The position numbers were made by a program, and so were the translations under genes. Shown here one piece after another: positions 35,928 to 45,229 of a stretch of 64,000 bases of DNA. The notes below the pieces were generated by a model, which saw nothing but the letters and a program-made list of their open reading frames with translations, did not search any database and had not been told where the DNA came from. Position 1 is the stretch's first letter. Each line of letters opens with the position of its first letter. The DNA is from an uncultured Eubacteriales bacterium (lineage in GTDB: Bacteria > Bacillota > Clostridia > Christensenellales > Aristaeellaceae). The DNA lies in contig CADBKQ010000003.1 of NCBI GenBank assembly GCA_902795275.1, positions 69,912-133,911 of the forward strand, read 5' to 3'.

Positions 35928-37256
35928 ATGAAACTGGTGTACGACATTGCCGACAAACCGCCCATCAGAAAAAACCTGATCTACGCCTTCCAGCAGCTGC
36001 TGGCGATCATGGCCGCCACCCTGCTGGTGCCCATCCTGGTGGACGGCACCGGGACATACATGAGCCAGCCTGCCGCCCTGTGCGGCGCGGGTTTCGGCAC
36101 GCTGTTCTATCTCTTTATCGCCACCAAGAAAAAGAGCCCCGTGTTCCTGGGTTCTTCCTTCGCCTTCATCAGCCCGCTGGCGGGCGCCGTGGCCTTCGGC
36201 TTCCTGGGCATCTTCCTGGGCGCCGTGTTCGCGGGCCTGGTGTACGTGATCATCGCGCTGATCATTAAAAAGACCGGCTCCGAATGGGTCAACAAGCTGC
36301 TGCCCCCCGTGGTCATCGGCCCCACCGTGGCCCTGATCGGATTGTCCCTGTGCGGTAGCGCGGTGAACAACATCAACAACACCGCCGCCGGCAGCTACAA
36401 CCTGGTGGCCATCCTGGTGGGCGTGATCGCCTTCATCATCACCGTGTTCGCCTCCACCAAGGGCGGCAAGGGCATGAAGATGATCCCCTTCATCATCGGT
36501 ATCCTGGGCGCTTACATCGTGGCCCTGACCTTCACCTTCATCGGCAACGCCGCCAACATCGACGCCCTGAAGCTGGTGAACCTGGCTGCCTTTGACAACA
36601 TGCAGATCTTCAAGGTGCCGCGCTTCACGTTCCTTGGCATCTTCGGCGCGTATCCCGAAGCCACCAACGCCATCGGCTCCTTCGCCGACGTGATCAGCAT
36701 CCTGGTGCTGTTCGCCCCCGTGGCCTTCGTCACCCTGGCCGAACACATCGCCGACCATAAGAACCTGAGCACCATCATCAACCGCGACCTGATCACCGAC
36801 CCGGGCCTGGACAAGACCCTCATCGGCGACGGCGTGGGCTCCATCGTGGGCTCCTTCTTCGGCGGCTGCCCCAACACCACCTACGGCGAATCCGTCGGCT
36901 GCGTGGCCATCACCGGCAACGCCTCCATCAGCACCATCGCCATCGCCGCGGTGTACTGCATCATCCTCAGCTTCTTCGATCCCTTCGTGTGCTTCGTGAA
37001 CTCCATTCCCTCCTGCATCGTGGGCGGCGTGTGCATCGCCCTGTACGGCTTCATCGCCGTGAGCGGCCTCAAGATGCTCCAGCCCGTTGACCTGAACGAC
37101 AACCGCAACCTGTTCGTCGTGGCGGCCATCCTGGTGCCCGGCATCGGCGGCCTGACGCTGAACTTCTCCCACATCACCATCTCCTCCATCGCCACCGGCC
37201 TCATCCTGGGCATCCTCATCAACGTGATCTTCAATAAACGCGAAGCCGCTAAATAA
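35928..37256 (+). CDS. pyrP: Uracil permease (NCS2/SLC23 family)
   Basis: MKLVYDIADKPPIRKNLIYAFQQLLAIMAATLLVP start with a GGGGGA RBS. Polytopic, xanthine/uracil permease-like, with a PyrR leader upstream. Confidence 0.85.
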   Translation: MKLVYDIADKPPIRKNLIYAFQQLLAIMAATLLVPILVDGTGTYMSQPAALCGAGFGTLFYLFIATKKKSPVFLGSSFAFISPLAGAVAFGFLGIFLGAVFAGLVYVIIALIIKKTGSEWVNKLLPPVVIGPTVALIGLSLCGSAVNNINNTAAGSYNLVAILVGVIAFIITVFASTKGGKGMKMIPFIIGILGAYIVALTFTFIGNAANIDALKLVNLAAFDNMQIFKVPRFTFLGIFGAYPEATNAIGSFADVISILVLFAPVAFVTLAEHIADHKNLSTIINRDLITDPGLDKTLIGDGVGSIVGSFFGGCPNTTYGESVGCVAITGNASISTIAIAAVYCIILSFFDPFVCFVNSIPSCIVGGVCIALYGFIAVSGLKMLQPVDLNDNRNLFVVAAILVPGIGGLTLNFSHITISSIATGLILGILINVIFNKREAAK

Positions 37257-37272
37257 TAGATTGTACAGTAGC

Positions 37273-37306
37273 AAGCCCGCCGGCTGACCCGGCGGGCTTG
37301 TTGTTG
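37273..37306 (+). terminator. Terminator after pyrP
   Basis: aagcccgccgg-ctgac-ccggcgggctt (an 11-bp stem) followed by gttgttgt. Confidence 0.7.
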
Positions 37307-37339
37307 TCTGGATGTGTTTACAGGCATTTTGTAAGCGTT

Positions 37340-37785
37340 TAATATTTTACAAAGGGTTACGTTGGGGCCTCCGCGGCCCCAAACCCGCGCCAGGACGGTG
37401 ACCGCCCTGGACCCACATTTGCGGATGTTGCTTGCATTGCTGACTGAGCATGGTTCCCGCTGCTGCGCGGAGGAACGAGGAAGATTGGATTGGTCGCGTT
37501 GTGCTTCTGGCCCGGCGGACGAACCGCCGATGACCGCCAGTGGCGGGAATCTCATCGGCGGTGAGATCAGGCGAAACGAGCAATGTCCGCTGTGCAGCAT
37601 CCGGGAAAGCCTGGGAATAATCCCCGGGGAAAAGCGAGCTTTTCCCCATGGGATTTTCCCGGCTTTCTTGGGCCAGAAGCCCTCAAACTTTCGTAAACCC
37701 CAGCGCGGCAGGCGGAGGCTGTCGGTTTCTTCCAACGGCGCAATATCGCCAGGTGCGGGTCCAGGGTACTCAGTACCCTGGTGGG
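37340..37785 (-). other. Heavily base-paired non-coding region, a candidate unclassified structured RNA (strand tentative)
   Basis: It lies between convergent genes and no frame is plausibly coding. Perfect local hairpins occur at 37364-37380, 37513-37529, 37525-37560 (nested), 37626-37647 and 37761-37781. A 10-bp long-range pair joins gcttctggcc (37503-37512) with ggccagaagc (37671-37680). The stem at 37390-37410 has a G-U pair only on the minus strand. Confidence 0.3.
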
Positions 37786-37827
37786 GTGCGGGGCAAAGCC
37801 CCGCCGGTCCCTTTACCCTTCACAGGA

Positions 37828-38904
37828 CTACATCACAACCTTGTCCCGGCCGGTGATCTTGCCCATATACAGCTTTTTATCGGCAAGAGCGAGGATATCC
37901 TCCATCGGGGAACGGAAATCGTTTTCCTCGATCCCGATGGTAATCGTAATGGAAAACTCATTTTCTTCATATTTGAGGGGCATTTTTTTCACGGCGCTGT
38001 TCAGGTCAAACATGACGTTCCAGGCCTGGTCGATATTTTTCCCCGGCAGGAAGAAGCAAAACTCCTCGCCGCCCCAGCGGCACACGATGTAATCCTGGCC
38101 CGCGTTTTTGCGGAACAGCTCGGCCAGGGTTTTCAGCGTATAGTCGCCGCAGTTGTGGCCGTAGGTATCATTGACTTTCTTGAAGAAGTCAATGTCCGCG
38201 ATGGCAACGCAGAAAGGCTCCTCCGGATTGGTTTTCCGAAACTGTTCTATCGTGTTGATCATGGCGCGGCGGTTCGGCAGCTGGGTCAGCGGATCGGTGC
38301 CCGCTTCCTTATGCAGTTCCTGATTATCCAGGCGCAGCTTGCGTTCCGTATCCTGAATGCTGGAGCTGAACAGGATGGCGTCTGCCGCCAGGATACCGAA
38401 CAGGGTGATGCTGTTGACCGTCTGGGCCACAATGCCCGCCGTATGCCCCAGAGTATAAACCGGCACGGCGTTCATCGAGCGCGAGAACAGCACCATCCGG
38501 AACGCGAAGAGCGCGGCGCACATGGCGATTTTGAACCAGGGCGGATTAAAGATATTGAAGAACACCAGCAGCACAACCGGCAGCAGCAGCAGATGGCCGC
38601 TGTAATGCCAGCCCAAAAACTCATTGTGCCACCAGCACCAGGCAATGCTGATTGCGGCGTAAGCGACGCTGTTGATCCGGGCGTTCATCTTGTGCCCGTT
38701 CAGCAGGACAACAATCGTGACCACGAAAAAGGCGACCGGCTCCCAATCCCACTGATGGGCCGAAATGCCGATCAGCGCAAAGCACACAACAAAATAAAAG
38801 CTCAGCAGCATTTCATTGAAAGCCAGCGCATTGCGGTAATACGCAGGCATTTCCGTGCCGGACGCAGGTGTCTTTTGATGTAAGAATGCAAGAAATTGCT
38901 TCAC
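37828..38904 (-). CDS. Membrane-anchored diguanylate cyclase (GGDEF)
   Basis: 358-aa ORF with an N-terminal block of about 6 TM helices, then DPLTQLPNRR...RWGGEEFCFF (GGEEF). Confidence 0.88.
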   Translation of the reverse strand: MKQFLAFLHQKTPASGTEMPAYYRNALAFNEMLLSFYFVVCFALIGISAHQWDWEPVAFFVVTIVVLLNGHKMNARINSVAYAAISIAWCWWHNEFLGWHYSGHLLLLPVVLLVFFNIFNPPWFKIAMCAALFAFRMVLFSRSMNAVPVYTLGHTAGIVAQTVNSITLFGILAADAILFSSSIQDTERKLRLDNQELHKEAGTDPLTQLPNRRAMINTIEQFRKTNPEEPFCVAIADIDFFKKVNDTYGHNCGDYTLKTLAELFRKNAGQDYIVCRWGGEEFCFFLPGKNIDQAWNVMFDLNSAVKKMPLKYEENEFSITITIGIEENDFRSPMEDILALADKKLYMGKITGRDKVVM

Positions 38905-39047
38905 GCCGTTCCCATCTTTCTGTTCAGCAAATCACGACTGTGGAGGATGCATTTCAATTCTTATCCATTATATCAAAAAAAGGCACGGGGGGCAAGTAGG
39001 AAATGCTTCCGCACGCCCGAAATCAAGCTGAAATCTGTAAAAATCAC

Positions 39048-39059
39048 TGAAACGTTTCA
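39048..39059. promoter_or_regulatory. Perfect LacI/CcpA-type palindromic operator
   Basis: TGAAACGTTTCA lies about 100 nt upstream of the LacI-family gene. Confidence 0.55.
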
Positions 39060-39157
39060 CCCGGTTCAACCTCGCGTAATGCTTGATTTGCAATCATGAA
39101 AAAAAGAATTGTTTTTCTTTCATACATCTGGTAATATACAGTGGAGGAGGCGATGGC

Positions 39158-40183
39158 ATGGCAGCCACGATGAAAGACATTGCCCGGGAAACGGGGCTGG
39201 GATTGGCGACCATTTCCAAATATTTTAACGGCGGCACGGTGAAAGAAAACAACCGCCTGCTGATCGAGGCGGCGGTGAAGAAGCTGCATTACGTGCCCAA
39301 CGAAATGGCCCGCAGCCTGAAAACCAAGCAATCCCGCGTGATCGGCGTGGTGATCCCGGAGCTGAGCAACGCCTTTATCACGTCCATCATTTCCGCCATG
39401 GAGGACATTCTTCGCAAGAAGGACTACGCCATCGTGGTCTGCGACTGCCGCAGCGACCCCAGGCACGAAAAGGAAGCGGTGGAATTTCTGCTGCACCGGC
39501 GGGTGGACGGCCTGATCAACATGGCCACCGACCCCACGGGCAGGCACCTGAAAGCCGCCCTGGACGCCGACATCCCCATCCTGCTGGTGGACAGGCTGAT
39601 CGACTCCCTGCGGGGCAGAACCAGCGCCGTGGTGATCGACAACGCCCACGCCGCGGGCCAGGCGGTCCGGAAGCTGACCGGCCTGGGCCACCGGAAAATC
39701 GGCCTGGTGCTGGGCAGCCCGCATTTGTATACCACGAACTGCCGCCTGACCGGGTACCTGGACGCGCTGAAGGAAGCGGGCATCGTGCCCTCCGAAGGCT
39801 TTATCCGCTACGGGGACTACACCCTGGACGGGGGCTACCAGGCCGTTCAAAGCCTGATGGCCATGGAGGATCGGCCCACGGCCCTGTTCGTGACCAACTT
39901 TGAAATGACCCTGGGCGCCATGCTGGCCCTGAACCAGGGCGGCGTCCGGGTGCCGGAGGATTTGTCGGTCATCGGCTTTGACAAGCTGGAGCTGTTCGGC
40001 GCCATCTTTCCCGACCTGACCCTCATCCGCCAGCCGCAATTGAGCATCGGCCGGGAGAGCGCCAACCTGATGCTGGATCTATTGAACAACCGGGACAGCG
40101 CCAGCCACCGCATCGTGACCCTGAGCACCGAGCTGACGGAAGGGAAATCCGTCCGCGCTTTCACGGAGCAGGCGACGGTGTGA
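39158..40183 (+). CDS. LacI-family transcriptional regulator
   Basis: MAATMKDIARETGLGLATISKYFNGG HTH with a GGAGGAGG RBS and a PBP-type-I effector domain. The track start at 39083 is an extension. Confidence 0.9.
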   Translation: MAATMKDIARETGLGLATISKYFNGGTVKENNRLLIEAAVKKLHYVPNEMARSLKTKQSRVIGVVIPELSNAFITSIISAMEDILRKKDYAIVVCDCRSDPRHEKEAVEFLLHRRVDGLINMATDPTGRHLKAALDADIPILLVDRLIDSLRGRTSAVVIDNAHAAGQAVRKLTGLGHRKIGLVLGSPHLYTTNCRLTGYLDALKEAGIVPSEGFIRYGDYTLDGGYQAVQSLMAMEDRPTALFVTNFEMTLGAMLALNQGGVRVPEDLSVIGFDKLELFGAIFPDLTLIRQPQLSIGRESANLMLDLLNNRDSASHRIVTLSTELTEGKSVRAFTEQATV

Positions 40184-40201
40184 CAAGCGCGCCCGCTGCT
40201 T

Positions 40202-40627
40202 TTATACGACGCCTTTCTTGATGATCACATTGGCATACAGCGCCTTTTCGCCGGTGGCGACGCAGGCGTAGCATTTCGCGCCGCGGGGATAGAATTCCGT
40301 CTTTTGCACGGCCATTTCCCGCAGGCCGTTTTTTTCGTGCTTTTGCCCGATCTCCCGGTAGGTGTCCCAGATTTCCGGCTTGTAGGGATCGTCCGGCAGC
40401 ACGGCCATCAGGATGGTGGGATGCTCCACATAAGGGTCCAGGGGGAAGAATTGCAGGATGGCGTCAAGGATTTCCGGGATGCCGTGGCCGTCCAGGCGCA
40501 CGCAGCGCTCCGGGCAGCCGAATTTGGGATAGTTGCCGTCGCAGAGAAGCAACTCGTCCCCGTGGCCCATTTCCATCAGGATTTTCAGCAGTTCGGGCGA
40601 CAGAACAGCGGGAATCCCTTTCAGCAT
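40202..40627 (-). CDS. RbsD/FucU-family sugar mutarotase
   Basis: MLKGIPAVLSPELLKILMEMGHGDELLLCDGNYP signature. The start at 40627 overlaps the end of the upstream AKR gene. Confidence 0.85.
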   Translation of the reverse strand: MLKGIPAVLSPELLKILMEMGHGDELLLCDGNYPKFGCPERCVRLDGHGIPEILDAILQFFPLDPYVEHPTILMAVLPDDPYKPEIWDTYREIGQKHEKNGLREMAVQKTEFYPRGAKCYACVATGEKALYANVIIKKGVV

Positions 40628-41643
40628 GTTTTGTTTCCTCCCTTCACGATCACGCCGTCCTCGTCCCACAGGTCATGCCAGGAAGCGGCCCCCGGCCACA
40701 GGAACACCTGGCCCTTGATGAGGCGGCAGTTCTTGTCCACGCCTTTTAAGATCGCCATTTCTTCCGGGGTTAGCGGGTCTTTCACCGTGCATTCCAGGTT
40801 CGCCGCGTAATTGTGGATGGAGAAGGGAATCGGCACCTGGCCCCGCTGCACGGCCCACTTGATGCAGACCACCGCGGGATGCACGCCGTGAGCCCGGGCG
40901 ATTTCCATCACCTCCGGCACCTGAGTGTCCGCGATGTCCTCGGGGGTGGTGTCGCGCTCGGGCCGGTTGGGGCTGCCCACGGGACAGTAGCCAATGGGCA
41001 GGATGCCGTGGGCCACCGCGTAGTCATACAGTTCCGGCTGCTGGAAGCAGGGATGCAGTTCGATTTCCAGCACGGCGGGCTGAATGCGGCACAGGGGCAG
41101 CACGGCTTCCAGCTTCGGGATGGTCATGTTGCTCATGCCCAAATTCCTTACCAGGCCCATGTCGTGCAGCCGTTCCATCTGCCGCCAGGTGGCCATGAAC
41201 TCGTCCACGGAGAAGGGCTTGCTGTCGGGGTTGCGGCTGTCGCCGTCGCAGCCCGGGGCGTGGTAGTTTGGGAAGGGCCAGTGGACGAAGTAGAAGTCCA
41301 GGTAGGAAAGCCGCAGGTCTTTCAGCGTCCTGGCGCAGGAGAGCAGCACGTCGCCTTCGCCGTGCATGTCGTTCCACACCTTGGACGTGACGAACAGCTC
41401 TTCCCGCTTGACCACGCCTTCCTTCATCGCCTGCTCAAACACTTCGCCGATCAGGTCTTCGTTGCCGTACACCGACGCGCAGTCGAACAGCCGGTAGCCG
41501 CACCGGATGGCCCCGGCCACCGCCCGGCTCACCTGCTCGGGGCTGAAATGGTCGCTGCCGAAGGTGCCCATGCCGATGCACGGGATCTCCTGCCCGTTCG
41601 CCAGCTTCCGCTTCGGCACCAGCTTCGGGTCAATGAATGCCAT
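40621..41643 (-). CDS. Aldo/keto reductase
   Basis: 340-aa ORF with AKR motifs (GMGTFGSD, DCASVYGNE, LDFYFVHWP). Confidence 0.88.
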   Translation of the reverse strand: MAFIDPKLVPKRKLANGQEIPCIGMGTFGSDHFSPEQVSRAVAGAIRCGYRLFDCASVYGNEDLIGEVFEQAMKEGVVKREELFVTSKVWNDMHGEGDVLLSCARTLKDLRLSYLDFYFVHWPFPNYHAPGCDGDSRNPDSKPFSVDEFMATWRQMERLHDMGLVRNLGMSNMTIPKLEAVLPLCRIQPAVLEIELHPCFQQPELYDYAVAHGILPIGYCPVGSPNRPERDTTPEDIADTQVPEVMEIARAHGVHPAVVCIKWAVQRGQVPIPFSIHNYAANLECTVKDPLTPEEMAILKGVDKNCRLIKGQVFLWPGAASWHDLWDEDGVIVKGGNKTC

Positions 41644-41679
41644 GTTCCTGCCTCCTTTTGTTTGAAATGGAAAAGCGTA

Positions 41680-42729
41680 TTATTCCTCATTGATCAGCAT
41701 AATCTTCCCATGCACGTCCCGGGGATGCTTATAGAGCGCAAAGGCTTCGGCGGCCCGGCTGAGGGGGAATTTGCGGAAGATCATGGAGGGGTCGAATTTC
41801 AGCTGGCCGGTGGCGAAGCAGTGGGCGGTCAGCTGCCATTCTTTGCCGGGGAAGGGCGCGGAATAGCTCATCCAGGAGCCGGTCAAATAAAACTCCTTGC
41901 GGTTCATGTTTTCCCACTGGGCGGGGGTAAAGGTGAGATCGGTGTGCGGCGTGCCGATGAAGCACACCCGCGCCTTGTTGGCGGCCAGGTCAAAGGCCAT
42001 GCGCATGGTGACGGGATTGCCCGCGGTTTCAAACACGTTCTCGTATCCCTTGCCGCCCGTCAGCGCCTTGGCGTCCCGCATGAAATCCTCTTTCAGGGTG
42101 TTCACCGTTTCGTCCGCGCCCAGCCTGCGGGCCAGGGCCAGGCGTCCGTCGTCGATGTCGAAGGCCACGATCTTCTTCGCCCCGAAGATTTTCGCCCATT
42201 GCAGGGTGAAGATGCCGATGGTGCCGCAGCCCAGGATGGCCACGGTCTCGCCGCCCCTGTAGCCCGCCTGTAATAAGCCGTGCACCGCCACGGTGGATGG
42301 CTCGAACATGGCAGCCTGCTCGTAGGGAATGGAAGGGTCGTATTGAATAGCGTTCTGTGCGGGGATGACCACGTACTGGGCGAAGCTGCCCTGCTCCCGG
42401 CTGCCGATAAAGCTGTAATGGCGGCAGAGGGAGAAGTTGCCCAGCTGGCAGTCGTCGCACTTCATGCAGGGCACCAGCGGCGCGCCGCTGACGGTGTCGC
42501 CGACCTTGACATTTTCCACGCCCTCGCCCACTTCCACCACGTCGCCGCTGAACTCATGGCCCAGCACGATGGGATAGAAGTGCGCCCCGTTGTGCAGCAC
42601 CCGCGGCACGTCGCTGCCGCAGATGCCGGTGGCCCGCACCCGCACCTTCACCGTGCCGGGCTTCACCGCGGGCGTTTCCCAGTCCGCGTAGCGGATGTCC
42701 TCATTGCCGTATAACACAGCCGCTTTCAT
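41680..42729 (-). CDS. Zn-dependent alcohol/polyol dehydrogenase (MDR family)
   Basis: GICGSDVP, GHEFSGDVVEVGEGV and the structural Zn Cys cluster CMKCDDCQLGNFSLC. Confidence 0.88.
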   Translation of the reverse strand: MKAAVLYGNEDIRYADWETPAVKPGTVKVRVRATGICGSDVPRVLHNGAHFYPIVLGHEFSGDVVEVGEGVENVKVGDTVSGAPLVPCMKCDDCQLGNFSLCRHYSFIGSREQGSFAQYVVIPAQNAIQYDPSIPYEQAAMFEPSTVAVHGLLQAGYRGGETVAILGCGTIGIFTLQWAKIFGAKKIVAFDIDDGRLALARRLGADETVNTLKEDFMRDAKALTGGKGYENVFETAGNPVTMRMAFDLAANKARVCFIGTPHTDLTFTPAQWENMNRKEFYLTGSWMSYSAPFPGKEWQLTAHCFATGQLKFDPSMIFRKFPLSRAAEAFALYKHPRDVHGKIMLINEE

Positions 42730-42745
42730 GATCGGTTCCTTCCTT

Positions 42746-44218
42746 TCACATCAGGTCTTTCAGATGTTCATATAACTGGCGATAGGTTCGATAACCCTGA
42801 TCGTAAATTTCTTTCTTAGCAATATCCGGTTCATACGTCCGCTTCACGCTGACGGTCTGCTTTGCCGCGTCCTCAAAGGAGGGATAGACGCCCGCGCCGA
42901 CCCCTGCCAGGATGGCCGCGCCTAAGGTCGTGGCCGTGTCGCTGGCGGGGACTTCGATGCCGCAGCCCGTCACGTCGGCCTTGATCTGCGTCCAGACCGG
43001 ACTGTTGGCGCTGCCGCCCATGGCGCGGAGGGTTCCGGCTTTGGCTCCGGCAGCTTCCGCCACTTCCAGATTGTGCCGCAGGGCGTAGGCCACGCCCTCC
43101 ATGCAGGCGCGAATCATCTGCGCCCGACTCACGCCGAACCGCATGCCGAAGAACACGCCACAGGCGTTGGGGTTCCAGATGGGGCTGCGCTCCCCGGCCA
43201 TGTAGGGCAGGAAAGCCACGCCGCCGCTGCCCGCGGGCACGGTGTCGGCCAGGGCGCTCATGTCCGCAAAGCTGAGTTCCGGGCAAATCGTTTCCCGCAG
43301 CCATTTCAGCGCGCCGCCGCCGCCGGTGGTGCCGCCCTGCAAAAGCCACCGGCCCGGCACCACATGGAAGCCCAAAATCAGCCGCGGATCGGCGGCGTAT
43401 TGGTCAACGCAGATGCTCATGCCGCCCGCCTGTCCGCCCTGCTCCTGGGTCTGGCCCGGGGATACCACGCCCGCGCCTAAGGTGCCGCAGGCCGCGTCCA
43501 GGCCGCCCGCGACCACGGGAATGCCGGGAATCAGGCCGCACTGTTCCGCCGCTTCCCGGGTCAGCTTCCCCACCACCTGATGGCAGGGAACGAGGGGCGG
43601 CAGCAGCTTGAAGGGGATGCCCAGGCGTTCACATATTTCCTTGTCCCACTGGCCCCGTCGCATATCGAAGCAGGCCAGGCCGTAACCCTGGGACAGATCC
43701 TGGGTGATTTCCCCTGTCATGCGGTACACGATGAAGCTGTTGGATTGCAGGATTTTTTCGGTCTTTGCGAATACCTCAGGCCGGTGTTTCTGATACCACA
43801 ATATTTTCGGCCAGGTGTAGCCAGGCTGCACCGGGTTGCCGCAAACGGCAAACAGTTCTTCTTCGGGAAGATGATCTTTTACGTCCCGGCAAATGTCCCC
43901 GCAGCGGGTGTCCGTCCAGATGGGCGTGGGGCAGAGGACGTTTCCCTGCCCGTCCAGGGTGATGGCGGACCAGCTCTGGCCGTCCACGCCGATGCCCGCA
44001 ATGTCCGCCGGGCTGACGCCGCTCTCCCCCATCATGTCCCGGATGGCCCTGCACACGCCGCTCCACCACTGATCCGGCGCCTGCTCGGCCCAGCCGCGCC
44101 GGGGATAAGCGACGGGATAATCGCTCCCGCCCCGGGCCAGTGCTTTGCCGCCCGCATCGAACAGCGCCGTCTTGCAGGAGGACGTGCCGATGTCCACCCC
44201 AAGCAAACAGGTCTTCAT
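42746..44218 (-). CDS. FGGY-family carbohydrate kinase (xylulokinase-like)
   Basis: MKTCLLGVDIGTSSCKTALFD N-terminus and a C-terminal FGGY domain (GGSANSPVWTQIKADV). Confidence 0.88.
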   Translation of the reverse strand: MKTCLLGVDIGTSSCKTALFDAGGKALARGGSDYPVAYPRRGWAEQAPDQWWSGVCRAIRDMMGESGVSPADIAGIGVDGQSWSAITLDGQGNVLCPTPIWTDTRCGDICRDVKDHLPEEELFAVCGNPVQPGYTWPKILWYQKHRPEVFAKTEKILQSNSFIVYRMTGEITQDLSQGYGLACFDMRRGQWDKEICERLGIPFKLLPPLVPCHQVVGKLTREAAEQCGLIPGIPVVAGGLDAACGTLGAGVVSPGQTQEQGGQAGGMSICVDQYAADPRLILGFHVVPGRWLLQGGTTGGGGALKWLRETICPELSFADMSALADTVPAGSGGVAFLPYMAGERSPIWNPNACGVFFGMRFGVSRAQMIRACMEGVAYALRHNLEVAEAAGAKAGTLRAMGGSANSPVWTQIKADVTGCGIEVPASDTATTLGAAILAGVGAGVYPSFEDAAKQTVSVKRTYEPDIAKKEIYDQGYRTYRQLYEHLKDLM

Positions 44219-44221
44219 GGC

Positions 44222-45061
44222 TTACGCCTTTCCGTCGCTGCCGCACAGGCGGATGAGCTCCCGCACCCGTTCCGTCACCGCCGCCCGGGCGGGAGCCAGG
44301 AATTTCTTGGGGTCATAGGCGCCGGGCTGGTCGGCGATGGCCTGCTTCACCGCGTTGGTGAAGGTGATGCGCAGGTCGGTGGCGTAGTTCACCTTGCAGA
44401 TGCCCCGGCGGATGCACTCCTTCACCTGCTCCACCGGTACGCCGGAGGTGCCGTGCAGCACCAGGGGAATATCCACCCGCGCCCGGACTCCGCTCAGGCG
44501 GTTCAAGTCCAGCTTGGGTTCGCCCTTGTACACGCCGTGGGCCGTACCGATGGCGACGGCGAAGCTGGAAATGCCCGTCAGCCGCACGAATTCCGCCGCC
44601 TCGTCGGGGTCGGTGTACTGGGCCTGGGCTTCGTGGGTGTCCTCTTTGCCGCCCACCGTGCCCAGCTCGGCTTCCACCGGCAGATCGCCCGCCATGTCCA
44701 CCACCTGCTTGGTAAGCGTAACGTTTCCGCCAAAAGGCAGCAGGGAGCCGTCGATCATCAGGGAGGTATAGCCCTCCCGCTTGCACTTTGCCGCCAGATC
44801 GAAGCTGTTGCCGTGATCCAGGTGCAGCGCCACCGGCACCTTCGCGTCCCGGGCCAGGCGGCTCACCAGTCCGGCGAAGCACTCCGGCCCGGCGTATTTC
44901 AGCGTTCCGGGCGTGGTCTGGATAATGACCGGCGCGTTTTCCGCTTCCGCCGCGGCCACGATTGCCTGGGCCATTTCCATGTTTTCGGCGTTGAACGCGC
45001 CGATGGCGTACACGCCCTCCTGGGCCTTCCTGAACATCTCCTTCGTGGTCACAAACGGCAT
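44222..45061 (-). CDS. Class II (metal-dependent) ketose-bisphosphate aldolase (FBA/tagatose-bisphosphate aldolase family)
   Basis: MPFVTTKEMFRKAQEGVYAIGAFNAENMEMAQAIV start with a GAAGGA RBS, plus HLDHG and HGTSGVP motifs. The track start at 45235 is an extension. Confidence 0.88.
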   Translation of the reverse strand: MPFVTTKEMFRKAQEGVYAIGAFNAENMEMAQAIVAAAEAENAPVIIQTTPGTLKYAGPECFAGLVSRLARDAKVPVALHLDHGNSFDLAAKCKREGYTSLMIDGSLLPFGGNVTLTKQVVDMAGDLPVEAELGTVGGKEDTHEAQAQYTDPDEAAEFVRLTGISSFAVAIGTAHGVYKGEPKLDLNRLSGVRARVDIPLVLHGTSGVPVEQVKECIRRGICKVNYATDLRITFTNAVKQAIADQPGAYDPKKFLAPARAAVTERVRELIRLCGSDGKA

Positions 45062-45088
45062 ATACATTTCCTTCTTTCTGTGAAGTAA

Positions 45089-45142
45089 AGCGAAACGATT
45101 CGCTTTTTTCTCATTATAATGCATCTGCCCCCGCTTTGTCAA
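45089..45142 (-). promoter_or_regulatory. Promoter and LacI-type operator of the aldolase operon
   Basis: On the minus strand: TTGACA (45142-45137), an 18-nt spacer, then TATAAT (45118-45113). The near-palindrome agcgaaacgattcgct (45089-45104) lies just downstream of the -10 box. Confidence 0.6.
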
Positions 45143-45229
45143 TGACCTCGTCAGAAAAAGGGAGCTCCTTCTTTCCGCAGCGAAGCGCAAAAGATTTTCT
45201 CCCATTGCCCGATTGATGAAAAATAAGGC

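Noticed and set aside
37525-37560. A GCCACTG 'B12-box'-like string on the minus strand (gattcccgccactggcgg), suggesting a cobalamin riboswitch.
   Set aside because: The other conserved cobalamin-riboswitch blocks (AGGGAA, the GGTG..AA.CC hairpin, the 3' AG.CAGGA.ACCTGCC) are missing. The string sits in a simple nested hairpin, and no gene follows on either strand.
37788-37810. gcggggCAAAGCCccgccggtcc, which resembles the ACGCAAAGCC.CCGG core of c-di-GMP-I (GEMM-I) riboswitches and sits next to a GGDEF gene.
   Set aside because: It folds as a plain 7-bp hairpin with a 3-nt loop. It lies at the 3' end of the GGDEF gene rather than in a 5' leader, and the rest of the GEMM-I fold is absent. It is more likely part of the terminator region of the GGDEF gene.
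37362-37856. 164-aa plus-strand ORF, 100-aa minus-strand ORF (37347-37649) and the 284-aa ORF (36881-37735) covering the long convergent gap.
   Set aside because: There is no RBS, the composition is Arg/Gly/Pro-rich, and there are no recognisable motifs. The region is better explained as structured non-coding sequence.
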